From: Trypanosoma brucei
Lineage: Eukaryota
NCBI GenBank assembly: GCA_000002445.1
Contig: CP000071.1
Span: forward strand, 1,920,001 to 1,984,000
DNA length: 64,000 nt
Reading direction: 5' to 3'
Shown here: piece by piece, positions 32,800 to 44,359 of the stretch
Layout of the letters: each line of letters begins with the position of its first letter
How positions within the stretch are numbered: position 1 is the stretch's first letter
Notes under the pieces: model-generated
What the model was told of the DNA's origin: nothing
Databases searched by the model: none
The model's input: only the letters and a program-made list of their open reading frames with translations
Made by a program: the position numbers and the translations under genes

Positions 32800-33554
32800 T
32801 AACACATCAAAGAGCAAGTTTGCATGCAAAAGACCTTCCCGTCCACCTTATACAAAAATGGATGTTCCCGCTTTTGACTGGCCTTTGAACGACGGTCAAC
32901 GCTGGCGCCTTCCATTAGCCCGCAGAAGCGGGAAACGTTTGTGAGAATAAGAAGCAAAAAGGAATGGGATCAGTGCAATGTACAAGAGCAACAAAACGCA
33001 TGTTGGGCGGGTGAGTGAATGGACAACACAAACACGAAGAATCACCATTCACTTTTCACACACTCAGGCACACCAACGGAACAGACGTGATAGTAGATTG
33101 CTATTCGTTAGACAAAATAGGGACAGAAGAAAGGCAAAGGGGGACAAGATACGATCTCAGTGCTCTGGAAACTTGCTGATTCTCTTTTTTCTTTTCGGAC
33201 ATTTCTTTCTTTTTTTGTGCATATACCTCTCTCCACAACCAATCTTTACTGACCCATTCCCATTCGCTCCCACTTCCTTTTCTCACGTCTTCTACATTGT
33301 CCTTGGCTCCTTCACCTTCCCTCCCCTGGCTTCTGTCCCCCCCCCTACGCGTTAGGTGTGCTTAACAAGGGCTAAGTTAAAATAAAATAATGGTGATAAC
33401 AAGAAATACAAATAAACAAATAAATATATACGCTAAACGCACTTTGCCTATTTTATTACTTTTTTATTAAAAAAAAAAAAATAACTCCGTTAATTTACTT
33501 TTTGTATCCCTTTTCTTAGTTAAACACCTTAGGCTCCACCGAAAAAGAGTGAAC

Positions 33555-34067
33555 TCACACGCGTTCGCCCTTGAGACCATCCTTCCAGAAGTAGAAGGTG
33601 GGTGTCTCACCATCCCACTTGCAGAGGACAATCATGCCATTGTCGGGGTCCTCCTCATTACCCTCAGGAATGAAAAACTGATACTCATCAATTTCCTTTA
33701 TCACCTTCTTCACGAAGGCGGCGGCGTTAGTCTGGAAGGCCTTCTTTGCGCCCTCATCCTCAATTTTCTCCAATAGCTGCTTCATGTAACCACGAATGTG
33801 GGCCATGTAGGAGCCCTTGTCATAGTTCGTCTCAGTGTAGCGGTTATTGTGAACCACATCAATGACGCGCTGCTTCCCGTCGTCCACGTCACCCGCCGCA
33901 CCCTCGCCGGCATCCTCATCAGCATTAGCAGAAATACCGTAGTCCTCACCACCAATCTCAATGTAGCGGCCTTGTACGGCGTACACGATCTCGTCCAACA
34001 AATCCATTGGCTTGTCGTTGTCGCACACGACTTCGGCATTTGTTAAGATATCCCTGAAGATCTTCAT
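33555..34067 (-). CDS. TCTP1: Translationally controlled tumour protein (TCTP), the downstream of two paralogs, 170 aa.
   Basis: Full-length TCTP signature: 'MKIFRDILTNAEVVCDNDKPMDLLDEIVYAVQGRYIEIGGEDYGISANADED...IDVVHNNRYTETNYDKGSYMAHIRGYMK'. ATG at 34065-34067. Paralog numbering is inferred from gene order and remembered T. brucei annotation; it is uncertain. Confidence 0.9.
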   Translation of the reverse strand: MKIFRDILTNAEVVCDNDKPMDLLDEIVYAVQGRYIEIGGEDYGISANADEDAGEGAAGDVDDGKQRVIDVVHNNRYTETNYDKGSYMAHIRGYMKQLLEKIEDEGAKKAFQTNAAAFVKKVIKEIDEYQFFIPEGNEEDPDNGMIVLCKWDGETPTFYFWKDGLKGERV

Positions 34068-34200
34068 TCTGGCGAAATTGCTTTATTGTCTATAAGCGTT
34101 GGTAAGCTCCTACATACAACGGGGCAAAACAAAAAGGGATAAGAAGATATCAAAGGAAATAAAGAAGCTAGCATAAAGAAACGTGTTAGAAGTGATTTCG
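34068..34200 (-). promoter_or_regulatory. Shared 5' flank of the TCTP paralogs: 5'UTR plus polypyrimidine tract, with an inferred trans-splice acceptor. Duplicated at 35678-35810.
   Basis: 133 bp identical between the two copies. The mRNA strand reads 'tttctttatgctagcttctttatttcctttgatatcttcttatccctttttgttttgcccc...ag' upstream of the ATG. Confidence 0.5.
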
Positions 34201-35164
34201 TAGTTTTCCAATGGAAAGTTCTCCCTGAAGACACCCGTCCACATCTTTTTTCTTTCCTGCTTTGAATGCACCGTCTCCCATTATATTCTATCTTTATTTC
34301 CTTCATTTTTTAAAAAAACCACACGGTTACTTCTTTTCTGTGTCTTTCCCCCTTTATTTTTTCTCGCTCTATCTCCCTCCTTTTAAATATTCTTTTTTGT
34401 TTTATGGACTGTTTCTCTCCGGTGCACCTGGTGGGAGAACAGTGCGTCACTTTGAACTCCTCACGCGATCACCTCTTCCACAGCCGTATCCATTAACCTT
34501 CACACTACGAAAGTTAATTTCCTGTAACTCCATCTATTAAGTCAGTTTCCGCGATGTTCATATTAAGTTCCCCTTATTTGACAGCGTTTCTTTTTTTTTT
34601 ACTTTTCTTCTTCTGCTCTTAGTTTCAGCAGTAATTAAACATTTTACCTGCTGCCAGCGAATTCACGAATAAAGGAATCACCGAAGAAGGGTGCACAAAC
34701 CTCTCAACTCACACGTGGATGAGCCTCATCTTTTATTTGTTCCAGGTATCTTATTCACCGTCATTGCTCGCCTCCACGTGCACACGCACGCATTCCTTGA
34801 CAGATTCCTTTCTTCTTTTTCAAGCACTGGTATAGAGGCTGAGCCAAACAGACACAGACAGAGAGGAAAGAAACCCAGCATTCTCGCCTATATTAATCCA
34901 TCTTCAGCTTTTCCTCATTCTCCCTTACTTATTATCTTCATCCGCTTCTCTTCTCCCCCACTCTTACAAGCAGAGCGGACCGTGCGCGTTGCGGAAACAC
35001 AAGTGATCGGTAAAATAAAAAAAGTGAAAACAATCCCTCTGAAGTACAAGGAATCTTCAAAACAACAAGCAGGATGAATGGTGAAAACAAAGTGGGCGAG
35101 GACGAGAGAATTAAAGATGACAGTCGCCATAAAGCAACATTAGATTCACTTAGCAACAGCGAAC

Positions 35165-35677
35165 TCACACGCGTTCGCCCTTGAGACCATCCTTCCAGAA
35201 GTAGAAGGTGGGTGTCTCACCATCCCACTTGCAGAGGACAATCATGCCATTGTCGGGGTCCTCCTCATTACCCTCAGGAATGAAAAACTGATACTCATCA
35301 ATTTCCTTTATCACCTTCTTCACGAAGGCGGCGGCGTTAGTCTGGAAGGCCTTCTTTGCGCCCTCATCCTCAATTTTCTCCAATAGCTGCTTCATGTAAC
35401 CACGAATGTGGGCCATGTAGGAGTTCTTGTCATAGTTCGTCTCAGTGTAGCGGTTATTGTGAACCACATCAATGACGCGCTGTTTTTCGTCAGCCACGTC
35501 ACCCGCCGCACCCTCAGCGGCATCCTCATCAGCATTAGCAGAAATACCGTAGTCCTCACCACCAATCTCAATGTAGCGGCCTTGTACGGCGTACACGATC
35601 TCGTCCAACACATCCATTGGCTTGTCGTTGTCGCACACGACTTCGGCATTTGTTAAGATATCCCTGAAGATCTTCAT
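35165..35677 (-). CDS. TCTP2: TCTP, the upstream paralog, 170 aa. It differs from the downstream copy at 5 residues.
   Basis: Identical except L23V, G54A, D62A, G64E and G84N. ~135 bp of 5' flank is identical to the other copy and the 3'UTR is completely different. Paralog numbering is uncertain. Confidence 0.9.
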   Translation of the reverse strand: MKIFRDILTNAEVVCDNDKPMDVLDEIVYAVQGRYIEIGGEDYGISANADEDAAEGAAGDVADEKQRVIDVVHNNRYTETNYDKNSYMAHIRGYMKQLLEKIEDEGAKKAFQTNAAAFVKKVIKEIDEYQFFIPEGNEEDPDNGMIVLCKWDGETPTFYFWKDGLKGERV

Positions 35678-36198
35678 TCTGGCGAAATTGCTTTATTGTC
35701 TATAAGCGTTGGTAAGCTCCTACATACAACGGGGCAAAACAAAAAGGGATAAGAAGATATCAAATAAAATAAAGAAGCTAGCATAAAGAAACGTGTTAGA
35801 AGTGATTTCGTAGCTAAATTAAAAGTGAGGCAGTCGAGTACGGTGGTGGGAAAGTCGCAAAAGAGATTGGGAATAAAATTCTTCAGTACTGTGCACAACC
35901 ACGGCTATGCTTCATCTTCCTCCCCGCCCCCCCACGCTTCTCTTAACACCACCATGGCGCCGACTGAATTACATGACTTATGTTGGAATAATAGGAAGGG
36001 GAGACAAAAGACCAAGCAGTACCGTATCAAACTAATAAGTGACCGATAGCCTTCTCTCACTTTCCACTTTTCCAGCCCTTCCTTCCCTCAGGCATTATTT
36101 GGTTCCGTTTCGTTAGTTTTAACTTCTCACCTTCCGTACTGTTCTTGAGAAGGGGAGCGCGGATTTTCCTAAACCCGAGCTTCACTGCTGTTAACACA

Positions 36199-37458
36199 TT
36201 AGCAAAACACTCGCTGCACATCGTCTGTAATAATGTAGACGAGTGGCTCCCCCTTGCTTCCACATGCACCTAATACATGCGGCGAGTTTGGATGGAATGA
36301 CAGTGACATCACGGCACCCGTACGGTATGAGCGCTTTACAATCTCCTTAGGCGGACACGTGGTGTCGCGTGCGTCCCACAAGCTAATCATATTGTCCTTC
36401 CCTCCTGCGGCAAGGAGACCCGGGACATGCGGAGAGGCGGAAAACGTCGTATCCGCCTCATGGACTTGCATCTGCCATAAGGCCTCCGCGTTCATACGCG
36501 CCTCAAACGCTGCCCAGTTGCCTGTGCTCGTTGATGCGTATAACACTCGGCCCCCGCTATGGGGGTCAAACTCCACGTGCTCAACCGTGCTACCGGTAGC
36601 AAAGCGAAGGGCTGCGCTACTGGGGCTGCGACAGTCGCGCAGCACCATCGTTGCATCGAAGCCACCAGAAAGCAAAAGATTGGCTTCGCTACGATGCCAA
36701 TCAAGACTCTGGACTTTCTCTGGTTCAGTATACGTCCCGATACAGCTGGAAGTGTTGAGGTCCCACATCTTAATAGTCGTGTCAGCACTACCTGAAGCGA
36801 GTATATGCTGCGCGCACGTGTTCCACCTCACACAAATAACTGAATCCTTATGTGATCCCTCCTGCAGCAGGCTGCTCTTCACCCTCTTCCTGTAGTTGTC
36901 TTCCCACTTGACGCACCCACCCAACAGACACGCCGGCTCCACAGCATCCATCACATCAAGGTTCCACAATTCAACAAATGGACGCATCGTTCCCACGGCA
37001 CAAATTGACATTGTTCCGTCCGTCAACCACGCGGTGCTAAGAGGGAAAGCGGCGACCTCCATGTCGTGGTGTACGTAAATGTTGTTTTCGGGCTCGTCAT
37101 AGACATACAACTCTAAGCGCGGTTGCGCGGCGTCAGCGAGTGCGGTAGCAAAGACGAGGTCCGTCTCTTTGAAGTTCGTGTCGTTAATCTCATCTTCGTC
37201 ATCGGACTCCACCTGCTCCAAAATAGTGTCGGCCCCGCCACCGAAGCACATCCCACCCGTGTCGCCAGCGTCATCGCTACTCGCATCGCCACTGTCTGCT
37301 AAGTTCGTGCCTTCATGAGGAATCGTCTCGTCTTCTTCAACGCCGAGTTCCGGGTTTCGCCTCCGCAACTTTGCTCGAACCGTATCAATATCATCACCCG
37401 TACGGATTGGGATGGGCTTCATGCCACCCTTTGGTACCCACGAAAGGGACGTAAGCAT
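36199..37458 (-). CDS. WD40-repeat protein, PWP1 (periodic tryptophan protein 1)-like.
   Basis: N-terminus 'MLTSLSWVPKGG' and an acidic segment followed by WD repeats ('...SGSADTTIKMWD', '...AGGKDNMISLWD') match the PWP1 family layout as I remember it. ATG at 37456-37458. Confidence 0.7.
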   Translation of the reverse strand: MLTSLSWVPKGGMKPIPIRTGDDIDTVRAKLRRRNPELGVEEDETIPHEGTNLADSGDASSDDAGDTGGMCFGGGADTILEQVESDDEDEINDTNFKETDLVFATALADAAQPRLELYVYDEPENNIYVHHDMEVAAFPLSTAWLTDGTMSICAVGTMRPFVELWNLDVMDAVEPACLLGGCVKWEDNYRKRVKSSLLQEGSHKDSVICVRWNTCAQHILASGSADTTIKMWDLNTSSCIGTYTEPEKVQSLDWHRSEANLLLSGGFDATMVLRDCRSPSSAALRFATGSTVEHVEFDPHSGGRVLYASTSTGNWAAFEARMNAEALWQMQVHEADTTFSASPHVPGLLAAGGKDNMISLWDARDTTCPPKEIVKRSYRTGAVMSLSFHPNSPHVLGACGSKGEPLVYIITDDVQRVFC

Positions 37459-37894
37459 CCCCTTTAACTTGGTTACGTCACACCCTTCTCCTCCCTGCTG
37501 CGATTACCTGTCTGGGTGACAGCCTCAGCTATTCCTTTATTTAGTTTTCCCTTTCCGCTGACAAACCCCGCCACCACAACGTGCTTCAAGCACACACACC
37601 ACAAAAGCAAAAAAAAAAAAGGGAAATCACAAATTAGTAGGGCAAAGAATGAGTTTCACTTCATAGCCATAGACAACACAAGAAGCTCCGTATACACATA
37701 AGATAAGAAGAGAACAGCGGCTCGTAGAAAAGTTGAAGAGGGGAAGTAGGACTTGTGCGCCGTGTGTGGCGTGTAACAAAACCAAAAAGTTTGCCCAGCG
37801 TCGTCAGCGAATCCTTTCTCATCTCACCAAGTCAATGAGCACAGGGTAACCTTCAAAGGGCAGCTCCCCGCCGCCATGGAGCTACGAAACAGAA

Positions 37895-39079
37895 CTAAAG
37901 ATTAGATGACAACAGCGGCAACCTCTCCGCCACACGCCGCCCCAGAGCAATGAGCCTTCCACAACATTCCCGACACATCCTGCACATCTGCGATGACTTT
38001 GACCCCACAACAAAACGAGCGGCGCCACCATCACTATCATCCTCACCCCATTCCCCAAGGTTGCTACACTCAGAAGCATCAACACCAGTAACGTAGCTAT
38101 GGGGTGACGGTTCTCCCTTTCCATTAGTTTTCCCCACCATCCCGCTTTTGCCGCCCGAGCCTGTGCTGGTACTACTGACCTTCCCTTCGCTGTGTAGTTG
38201 AGCCGTGCAGTCAGTGAGAGAGGCGGGAGGATGGCGTATTATGAAGTCACGAAGCCTTTTTGCCATGCGCATTTGTGCAGCCAATACAAGACGCCGCACC
38301 AGCCGCGGTAGATGCCCCATTGGGTGCACAAGCGAGACACAGCTCATTTGGCACCCCTCACAACCTCCTGTTACTTTCGTGGGCTTTGCCAGCATGGCGA
38401 AAAATATCAAACGTGCCCGTATGTACTTCGCGCGCCGTTCGTTGCAAAGATCCACGCGATCGGGTGGTGTTGACAGACCCTTCAACCACACTGTGCCATC
38501 AGGCTGCACCTCCTCCGCCACAGCCATCTCCAAGTCACGACTACGGACAAATGGTACGGGAGAGCGAATAACCATATAGTACAGCCCCACACGTCGCTGG
38601 CCGGGCTGCAGTTGCAGCAAGTTTGCGTCCGCGACGTCCGTTAGCGTGCTAACAGGGGCAGTTGCTGGCCGAGGCAAGGTCCGCACGAAGCGAAGTTTCG
38701 ACGCGCAGTCGTCCCACTGGCATCGTTTGGATGCATGCATATACAAGGGAAGAGCGGATGGTGGGCATGGAAGATGCGTCCTCACGAATATCATATCCAT
38801 CGGAGACTCCTCCGTTGGTCTGCTATAGAGGGAAGTGTTAGAATCACTGTCATGAGCAATGGGACGGAACCCGGAACTCACGGGATCCTGCATGAGGAGT
38901 TGTGCGACGTCTGTGAAATCAACGGCAGCACAATAAACGTCAACATCCTTGCTTCGGGAGGCATTGTTCTGTGATGCTCGGCCGGCGATCGTCGCGGGGT
39001 CAGCGCCAACAGTGGGCTGAGGATGGGTGTGGACGACAGGTGCTAACTGTGCCACAGGCATGGCACGCCCTCTCAACAT
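37895..39079 (-). CDS. Hypothetical protein, 394 aa, no confidently recognised domain.
   Basis: ATG start at 39077-39079. Coding-like composition with no low complexity. Lies between two well-supported same-strand genes. Confidence 0.55.
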   Translation of the reverse strand: MLRGRAMPVAQLAPVVHTHPQPTVGADPATIAGRASQNNASRSKDVDVYCAAVDFTDVAQLLMQDPVSSGFRPIAHDSDSNTSLYSRPTEESPMDMIFVRTHLPCPPSALPLYMHASKRCQWDDCASKLRFVRTLPRPATAPVSTLTDVADANLLQLQPGQRRVGLYYMVIRSPVPFVRSRDLEMAVAEEVQPDGTVWLKGLSTPPDRVDLCNERRAKYIRARLIFFAMLAKPTKVTGGCEGCQMSCVSLVHPMGHLPRLVRRLVLAAQMRMAKRLRDFIIRHPPASLTDCTAQLHSEGKVSSTSTGSGGKSGMVGKTNGKGEPSPHSYVTGVDASECSNLGEWGEDDSDGGAARFVVGSKSSQMCRMCRECCGRLIALGRRVAERLPLLSSNL

Positions 39080-40006
39080 CTGTAGTTTTTGGCCCTAGCG
39101 GGGCACCGAAGGGAATACCCACAAGTTCCACGTTGTGTTTCTCCGTGCGTAGGAGGGCGGGGGGCTGGCGACAGATTTCCGGAGGAGGGAAAGCAAAACT
39201 CGGCTCCCGGTGGAGCACCCTCTGCTAATGTATATCTGAGTCTAATTAGATATTGCATATAAACCCCCAGCCGCGCACGAGAGCACGCGTTGACTCATTG
39301 TGGTGAGAATGATTAGAATAAGAGGAAATGAAGGGAAACAACAAAAACAAAAAGGGAGCATAAAGCGTCAAGTACAGGCACGTTGACAGACTAAACTTCA
39401 AATACTGTCCTCAGACACAACTCGGGAGCTGCCATATATTAACATCATCTTGTCGATGCACAAAAACTGCTAAACCACTCAGGGAGTGAAAAAGTGTGGC
39501 CACGCCATGCATTGCATAATGTGGTGTGCCTCTACATAACTCCACATCACCCACTTGTGTTTGGTTCCCAAAAGATACCTGTCCATCGCCCGACTTTCGC
39601 AGGGGAAAGAAGTGGCGTTGGGAGTCAACGCAGCATGGGGTAACGGATATACAGGATGGAACCCTGTACAACAAAAGGAAAAGATGAAAAGCAACTCTAA
39701 AGCAACTTACAAATTGCGCATGCATCCAGACCAGCACGCTACCTGCACCCTTGCCATACCACCTCACACACGATCGTGGCCCTAGAAAGATGAACCACAC
39801 GCATATTTGACAGGGCATTTAACTCTTCCGATGTGACCCCCATCGACAACCGCCCATCCAATAGCTTTCTTCTTGTTGTGCCACTCCTTCTCATTTACTG
39901 ATACACAATCCTTTCCACCGCTTCTCACGGCGTAGCCGTGGTGACGGGGCTGTAACCTCCACACTTGCACACTCGGTGGTACCTCCCCGGGGCGCGTGCA
40001 AAATTG

Positions 40007-43000
40007 TTAAACAGTCCTCCCCACTGTGGATGCCGTAACAGAAGGTTGCAGCTGTGTTTGTTTTCTCATGCCATCCACCATCCAGTCGCTTGTGGGCATC
40101 AGATCAGGAGATATCATGCTTGGTTTAGGTATGACAACTGGAGGTAGCACAGAGCGCGCGAAGCACGACGAGTAGTCAAACTTTCTCCTCTTCTTCATTT
40201 CCTCTTGCCGCCGCTTGTATTCGTCCATCCGCTCCGACAAGCGGCGCCTTGTTTCAAGGGCCAGTCGCAGGGTACTCGAGGTCGATGGCCCCAAAGCCTG
40301 TTGATCAAGTTCCATTGAGAGGTCTCCATCTCCAGGAAGTAATCCCTGTAGTTTCCGCCGGAACGCACCCCTGGCATACCCATATGGCCGCACTTTATCC
40401 AACCGCGAAGTTAAGGAAACCAACACAGCTTTTGCCCGGCTGGCGTCATGCACTTCACTGGAAAAATGGGACCTTGCGCTGCCCTTCCCTGACAAACTTC
40501 CACGCAACTCTAAGGCACTAGAGCACCCCAAAGAGTGGTTTCCCGCGTTGGTAGGCGATTCGTCACCCGCACTGCTCGTTGTACTGGAGGCTGCACGAGA
40601 TCGCGGATGAGAGTGGGACCGGCGAGTCTGCCCTTGGGGAAGCGCAGTCTGTTCACTACCCAGTGGGGCACCAGAGCAGCTGGCCCCCTCAGAGATCACT
40701 GGTACAGTCTGCGGACAAGTAGGTTGTCCTGCCAACTGTTCCATACTGTCCTGTATTGAGGAGGAAGGAGTAGTGGGGCAGGCCACATCCCCTTGAACGG
40801 CAGTAGCCTCTGTCAAGAAGAAGGAAGGGACAGATGGCGTTCCTGGCGGCATGATTGTGGTGGCCACCACACTCACACGCTTTCCCCGCGACAAGGGGAC
40901 GGAAGCGCCGTCCTCCGCAGCGGCAGCGCCCACGTTCATTATGCTCTGGAAACTGTTTTCTGGCTTCATAATGCTCTCTACCAACACCTCCTCCATGGTG
41001 TTGCAGTTTTGTTTCCCCTCAACGAACGACGGTTCACCCGCGTATGTAGTTACGTCTTCGAGGTCCCACCTGTCCCGACCAAATACCCCCACAAGCAAAA
41101 CTTTGTTAAAAGACCACCCAGCTGGCTGCAAGCCGCTGTTGGAGAGGGAAGGTTTCCTCAGGGCATCCTCAATACGAAAGAGGCGCACCTGACGGTCAAG
41201 GGAGCCGACGATAATAAAACGGTGCCCCTGAAAGGAAAACACCTCGAGGGTTGTGACCTCATCGGAAGCGCCCGAGAAAGCAAAACGACGCACAACGAAC
41301 TGCTGCAGCTCTGCCACCGGCGTTGTGACTGCATGCAGGTCGAAACCACATACCCGGCCTCTTGAATCACCGTATATCATTAAGCCATCGTCGGAAATGA
41401 AAAGCGCTTTGCGAATAAGGCAATCGAATCGGCGAATCAAACGCAGATGGCTTATTACCGTCTGAGTAACAAATGAGTAGATGCAGAGCACACCGGTGTC
41501 AAGGACGGCCACAATCAGATTCTGCCCCTGCTCGTTTACATAGGCAAGTTGCAGTACGGCACTTCTTCTTGCTTCACTTTGCTCCCCAAGCCGACACTCA
41601 GCTATCGGATGTCCGCCTCCAATACTGTATACATACAGTGTTCCATCCCCAGTACCTATGCAGAGATACGTATCACGTGCCACACAGCACGCCGTTATAG
41701 AAGTAAGACCAGGAACCCGAAATACCACTGATTTGGATTCCTCCACCCCACTCGGAAGAACCTTTCGACTATACGTAGTTACGCGGCACGTACGTGCCGC
41801 CCAAGCTATCAGCTTACTTTGGTGTGAAAATGTAAATACATCGGAGTCAAGTTGGTCGGAAGCATCTTGTACCAGCATCTCTGATTCAAGCGGCGCGTAC
41901 GTCTCTGGATCCCATGTTATCAGAGAGCAGTCTTGGCCCCCGGTAACAAGCCTCACCTGCGAGCTTGTCGACCAAGAACAGGACGCAACAGTGGCATGGC
42001 TCCTTGAGATATCGCCCATGCGTACGGCATGGGAGACAACCACATGACGCTTCATCTCCCCCGTGGTGAGCTTCCAAGCGCGCCAAGTTCCTTCATCAAA
42101 CGTATGTACCATCAAGGATGCTTTATGTATGACGGCAGCCACAACACCACCGCTGTGTGAGCACGGCTGGCGGCTATCCCTCACGGCAGCACCCCGGTGC
42201 TCAGCGACTTCCCCATCGTCTTCCTCAACCATATTTCCGAACTCTGCACCCGTGGACTGCGCGGTGGCCCCCTCACAACGCTGGCGGCGAGTGCGACTTG
42301 CAGAGGAACTTGAATCCTTACTCTTTGAAGCGGCATATAGGACGGGACCACGTAAAGCACAAATAAGAGTAGAGTGGAACGGATGCCACGCAACAACGCC
42401 ATCGGAATCCCGCTCACTGCGTTCCATCATTTGCCTTGAAAAATCAGAGGCAGTGAAATTGGATTGGGGCTCCGGTTGCTGTATAGTCGCGATAGACTTA
42501 CTGGCGTGTACCTCGTACACTTTGATGGTCTTATCCGCCAACAATACCGCCAGGCGGCCCCTATGTGGGTGCATAGAGGCACTAAGAATTTCCTGCGATT
42601 CAGGGGGGAAACTACGAAACGGATCACCGTGGCGGCCAATCACCCACACCGAGACCCGCCGGTTGACATGTACAGTGATGAAGTACTTTGAAGGCGGTAT
42701 CCACTCCATAGACCTAATGGCTCGCATCTGGTGACCAATTCTACGGGGCTCTCCCGCAGGTTCAAAAGATGGTCCAACAGGAAGGCGGTAGACGAAGCCA
42801 TCAGCGCCAGCGGTGAAGATAGAGGTCGCATAAGATGAATAGAACAGTCCTGACACCATCTCCTTGTGCATAGTAACAAGAAACTCCAGTCGCACAGGTT
42901 TGGTGTTCGCTCCCGAGAGCAGTGCACTTGCACGAACATCAGCACTCACATCAAAGGCACCCACCTTTCCTTCCGCCGTCCCGAAGCAAAACATGCCTAA

Positions 43001-44359
43001 GTGTGGCTCGAACCAAGTTGCTGTGGGATTCAAGAAACCAACAACAGGTTTGGCAAGAACCTTTTTAGGAAGTACGTCCTTCTGCGCATCACGGCGTCGA
43101 CGATGAAACATTATTGATTGCTCATTTTCACGTAATCTAATACGATACAACCCACACTCTCCTGGCCGCATTCCGTAACGCTGAACATCTTGAGCGGAGG
43201 GCTGATTCACTTCGTTGCAAGCAGTTAGAAGGGACTCGCAACCTACATATTTCTGAATGATGTCACCACTCGAAAAATCCAAAAGAGTCAGCTGATTGTT
43301 TGTGGTCGAAATGAGAATGTAGTCTTCATCCATTAGTAGGTACATACCAATTACCCACGACGAGCCAGTGTTAAACAAGTTGCGCACGAACGCCCCCGTG
43401 GCAGCACTCCACACTTTAACAAAACCATCTTTACTACTCGTAATAATAAATGCACTAAGCGGTGCCACCAGCACATGATCTGGGGACTGAAGGTGAATTT
43501 CATATTTCCATAGAGCTTTCCCGTCACGCTTCTTATCCTTCCTCGCCCTCGCCCAGTCAGGCCACCCCTCGTTATCCTTCCTCGAGTCTTTCGAGTACCG
43601 CCCAGAACTCACTTTGTCGCAGATTTGCGTGTAAGAAATTGTTTCATCACCGAAGTCGTGGGAGTGTTCGTAGTCCCGCACAAAGTTATTCGTAATATCG
43701 CTCCACCGTACCAAGCTGTGCGTTCGTGTTTTCTTCTGCAACAGTTCAATCAAACCAGCAGACGCCTGCTCCACCATCTGAGTATGCCGCCCTTTACGAC
43801 GCACCCTCATGATGGTGGCACTCTCACTTCCTTCCGAAGAGTGTTCATCCTCTTCATCCTGACTATGAAGGGAGCCACTGCGGGACTCCTTGGAGTCATT
43901 CAAAAGTAGTTTGAGAAGCTCCTTATTACTCAGTTCACACGCATCCCACAGCGCATCATGCACATCAAGACGGATGGACAGGGAATTCACCCACTCCTCC
44001 ACCTCTTTAATGTATTCCTTCCAGTTACTATCATATGACATGGTTAGTGTTAGATCCATGTTTACGTCTTCATCCGGATCACCACTGCAGTTTGCAACAT
44101 TTAGCCTGGCGTCGATAATTCCCACCACGAAGTGAATTGTCCACTCATTTGTTAACGCGGGGTCCCCGTCATCCGAAATGCTGTACTTGGAAAAGCACTG
44201 AAACAGACGCCTAAACTGTTCCACACCCATGAGTGAACCCCATGACTGTGTCGACGTGAGTATCTGATTTGGCGCGTACCGCGCCGCCAACCTGGCGCCC
44301 AGTCTTATACTAACTTCCTCCTCCTCATCTTTTGAAGACTCCATCCGCATCGTCACCAT
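40007..44359 (-). CDS. Large WD40-repeat-containing protein of 1450 aa with multiple beta-propellers; function unknown.
   Basis: ATG at 44357-44359. Repeated WD-type blades occur throughout, e.g. 'GFVKVWSAATG', 'VISHLRL...', '...LITWD'. Long uninterrupted ORF. Confidence 0.75.
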   Translation of the reverse strand: MVTMRMESSKDEEEEVSIRLGARLAARYAPNQILTSTQSWGSLMGVEQFRRLFQCFSKYSISDDGDPALTNEWTIHFVVGIIDARLNVANCSGDPDEDVNMDLTLTMSYDSNWKEYIKEVEEWVNSLSIRLDVHDALWDACELSNKELLKLLLNDSKESRSGSLHSQDEEDEHSSEGSESATIMRVRRKGRHTQMVEQASAGLIELLQKKTRTHSLVRWSDITNNFVRDYEHSHDFGDETISYTQICDKVSSGRYSKDSRKDNEGWPDWARARKDKKRDGKALWKYEIHLQSPDHVLVAPLSAFIITSSKDGFVKVWSAATGAFVRNLFNTGSSWVIGMYLLMDEDYILISTTNNQLTLLDFSSGDIIQKYVGCESLLTACNEVNQPSAQDVQRYGMRPGECGLYRIRLRENEQSIMFHRRRRDAQKDVLPKKVLAKPVVGFLNPTATWFEPHLGMFCFGTAEGKVGAFDVSADVRASALLSGANTKPVRLEFLVTMHKEMVSGLFYSSYATSIFTAGADGFVYRLPVGPSFEPAGEPRRIGHQMRAIRSMEWIPPSKYFITVHVNRRVSVWVIGRHGDPFRSFPPESQEILSASMHPHRGRLAVLLADKTIKVYEVHASKSIATIQQPEPQSNFTASDFSRQMMERSERDSDGVVAWHPFHSTLICALRGPVLYAASKSKDSSSSASRTRRQRCEGATAQSTGAEFGNMVEEDDGEVAEHRGAAVRDSRQPCSHSGGVVAAVIHKASLMVHTFDEGTWRAWKLTTGEMKRHVVVSHAVRMGDISRSHATVASCSWSTSSQVRLVTGGQDCSLITWDPETYAPLESEMLVQDASDQLDSDVFTFSHQSKLIAWAARTCRVTTYSRKVLPSGVEESKSVVFRVPGLTSITACCVARDTYLCIGTGDGTLYVYSIGGGHPIAECRLGEQSEARRSAVLQLAYVNEQGQNLIVAVLDTGVLCIYSFVTQTVISHLRLIRRFDCLIRKALFISDDGLMIYGDSRGRVCGFDLHAVTTPVAELQQFVVRRFAFSGASDEVTTLEVFSFQGHRFIIVGSLDRQVRLFRIEDALRKPSLSNSGLQPAGWSFNKVLLVGVFGRDRWDLEDVTTYAGEPSFVEGKQNCNTMEEVLVESIMKPENSFQSIMNVGAAAAEDGASVPLSRGKRVSVVATTIMPPGTPSVPSFFLTEATAVQGDVACPTTPSSSIQDSMEQLAGQPTCPQTVPVISEGASCSGAPLGSEQTALPQGQTRRSHSHPRSRAASSTTSSAGDESPTNAGNHSLGCSSALELRGSLSGKGSARSHFSSEVHDASRAKAVLVSLTSRLDKVRPYGYARGAFRRKLQGLLPGDGDLSMELDQQALGPSTSSTLRLALETRRRLSERMDEYKRRQEEMKKRRKFDYSSCFARSVLPPVVIPKPSMISPDLMPTSDWMVDGMRKQTQLQPSVTASTVGRTV

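Noticed and set aside
39411-39818. 135-aa minus-strand ORF in the gap between the 394-aa hypothetical and the large WD40 gene.
   Set aside because: It is short with no domain, and it sits where the UTR or processing signals of the flanking genes are expected. Its composition is not clearly coding. I would reconsider if ribosome-profiling data showed translation.
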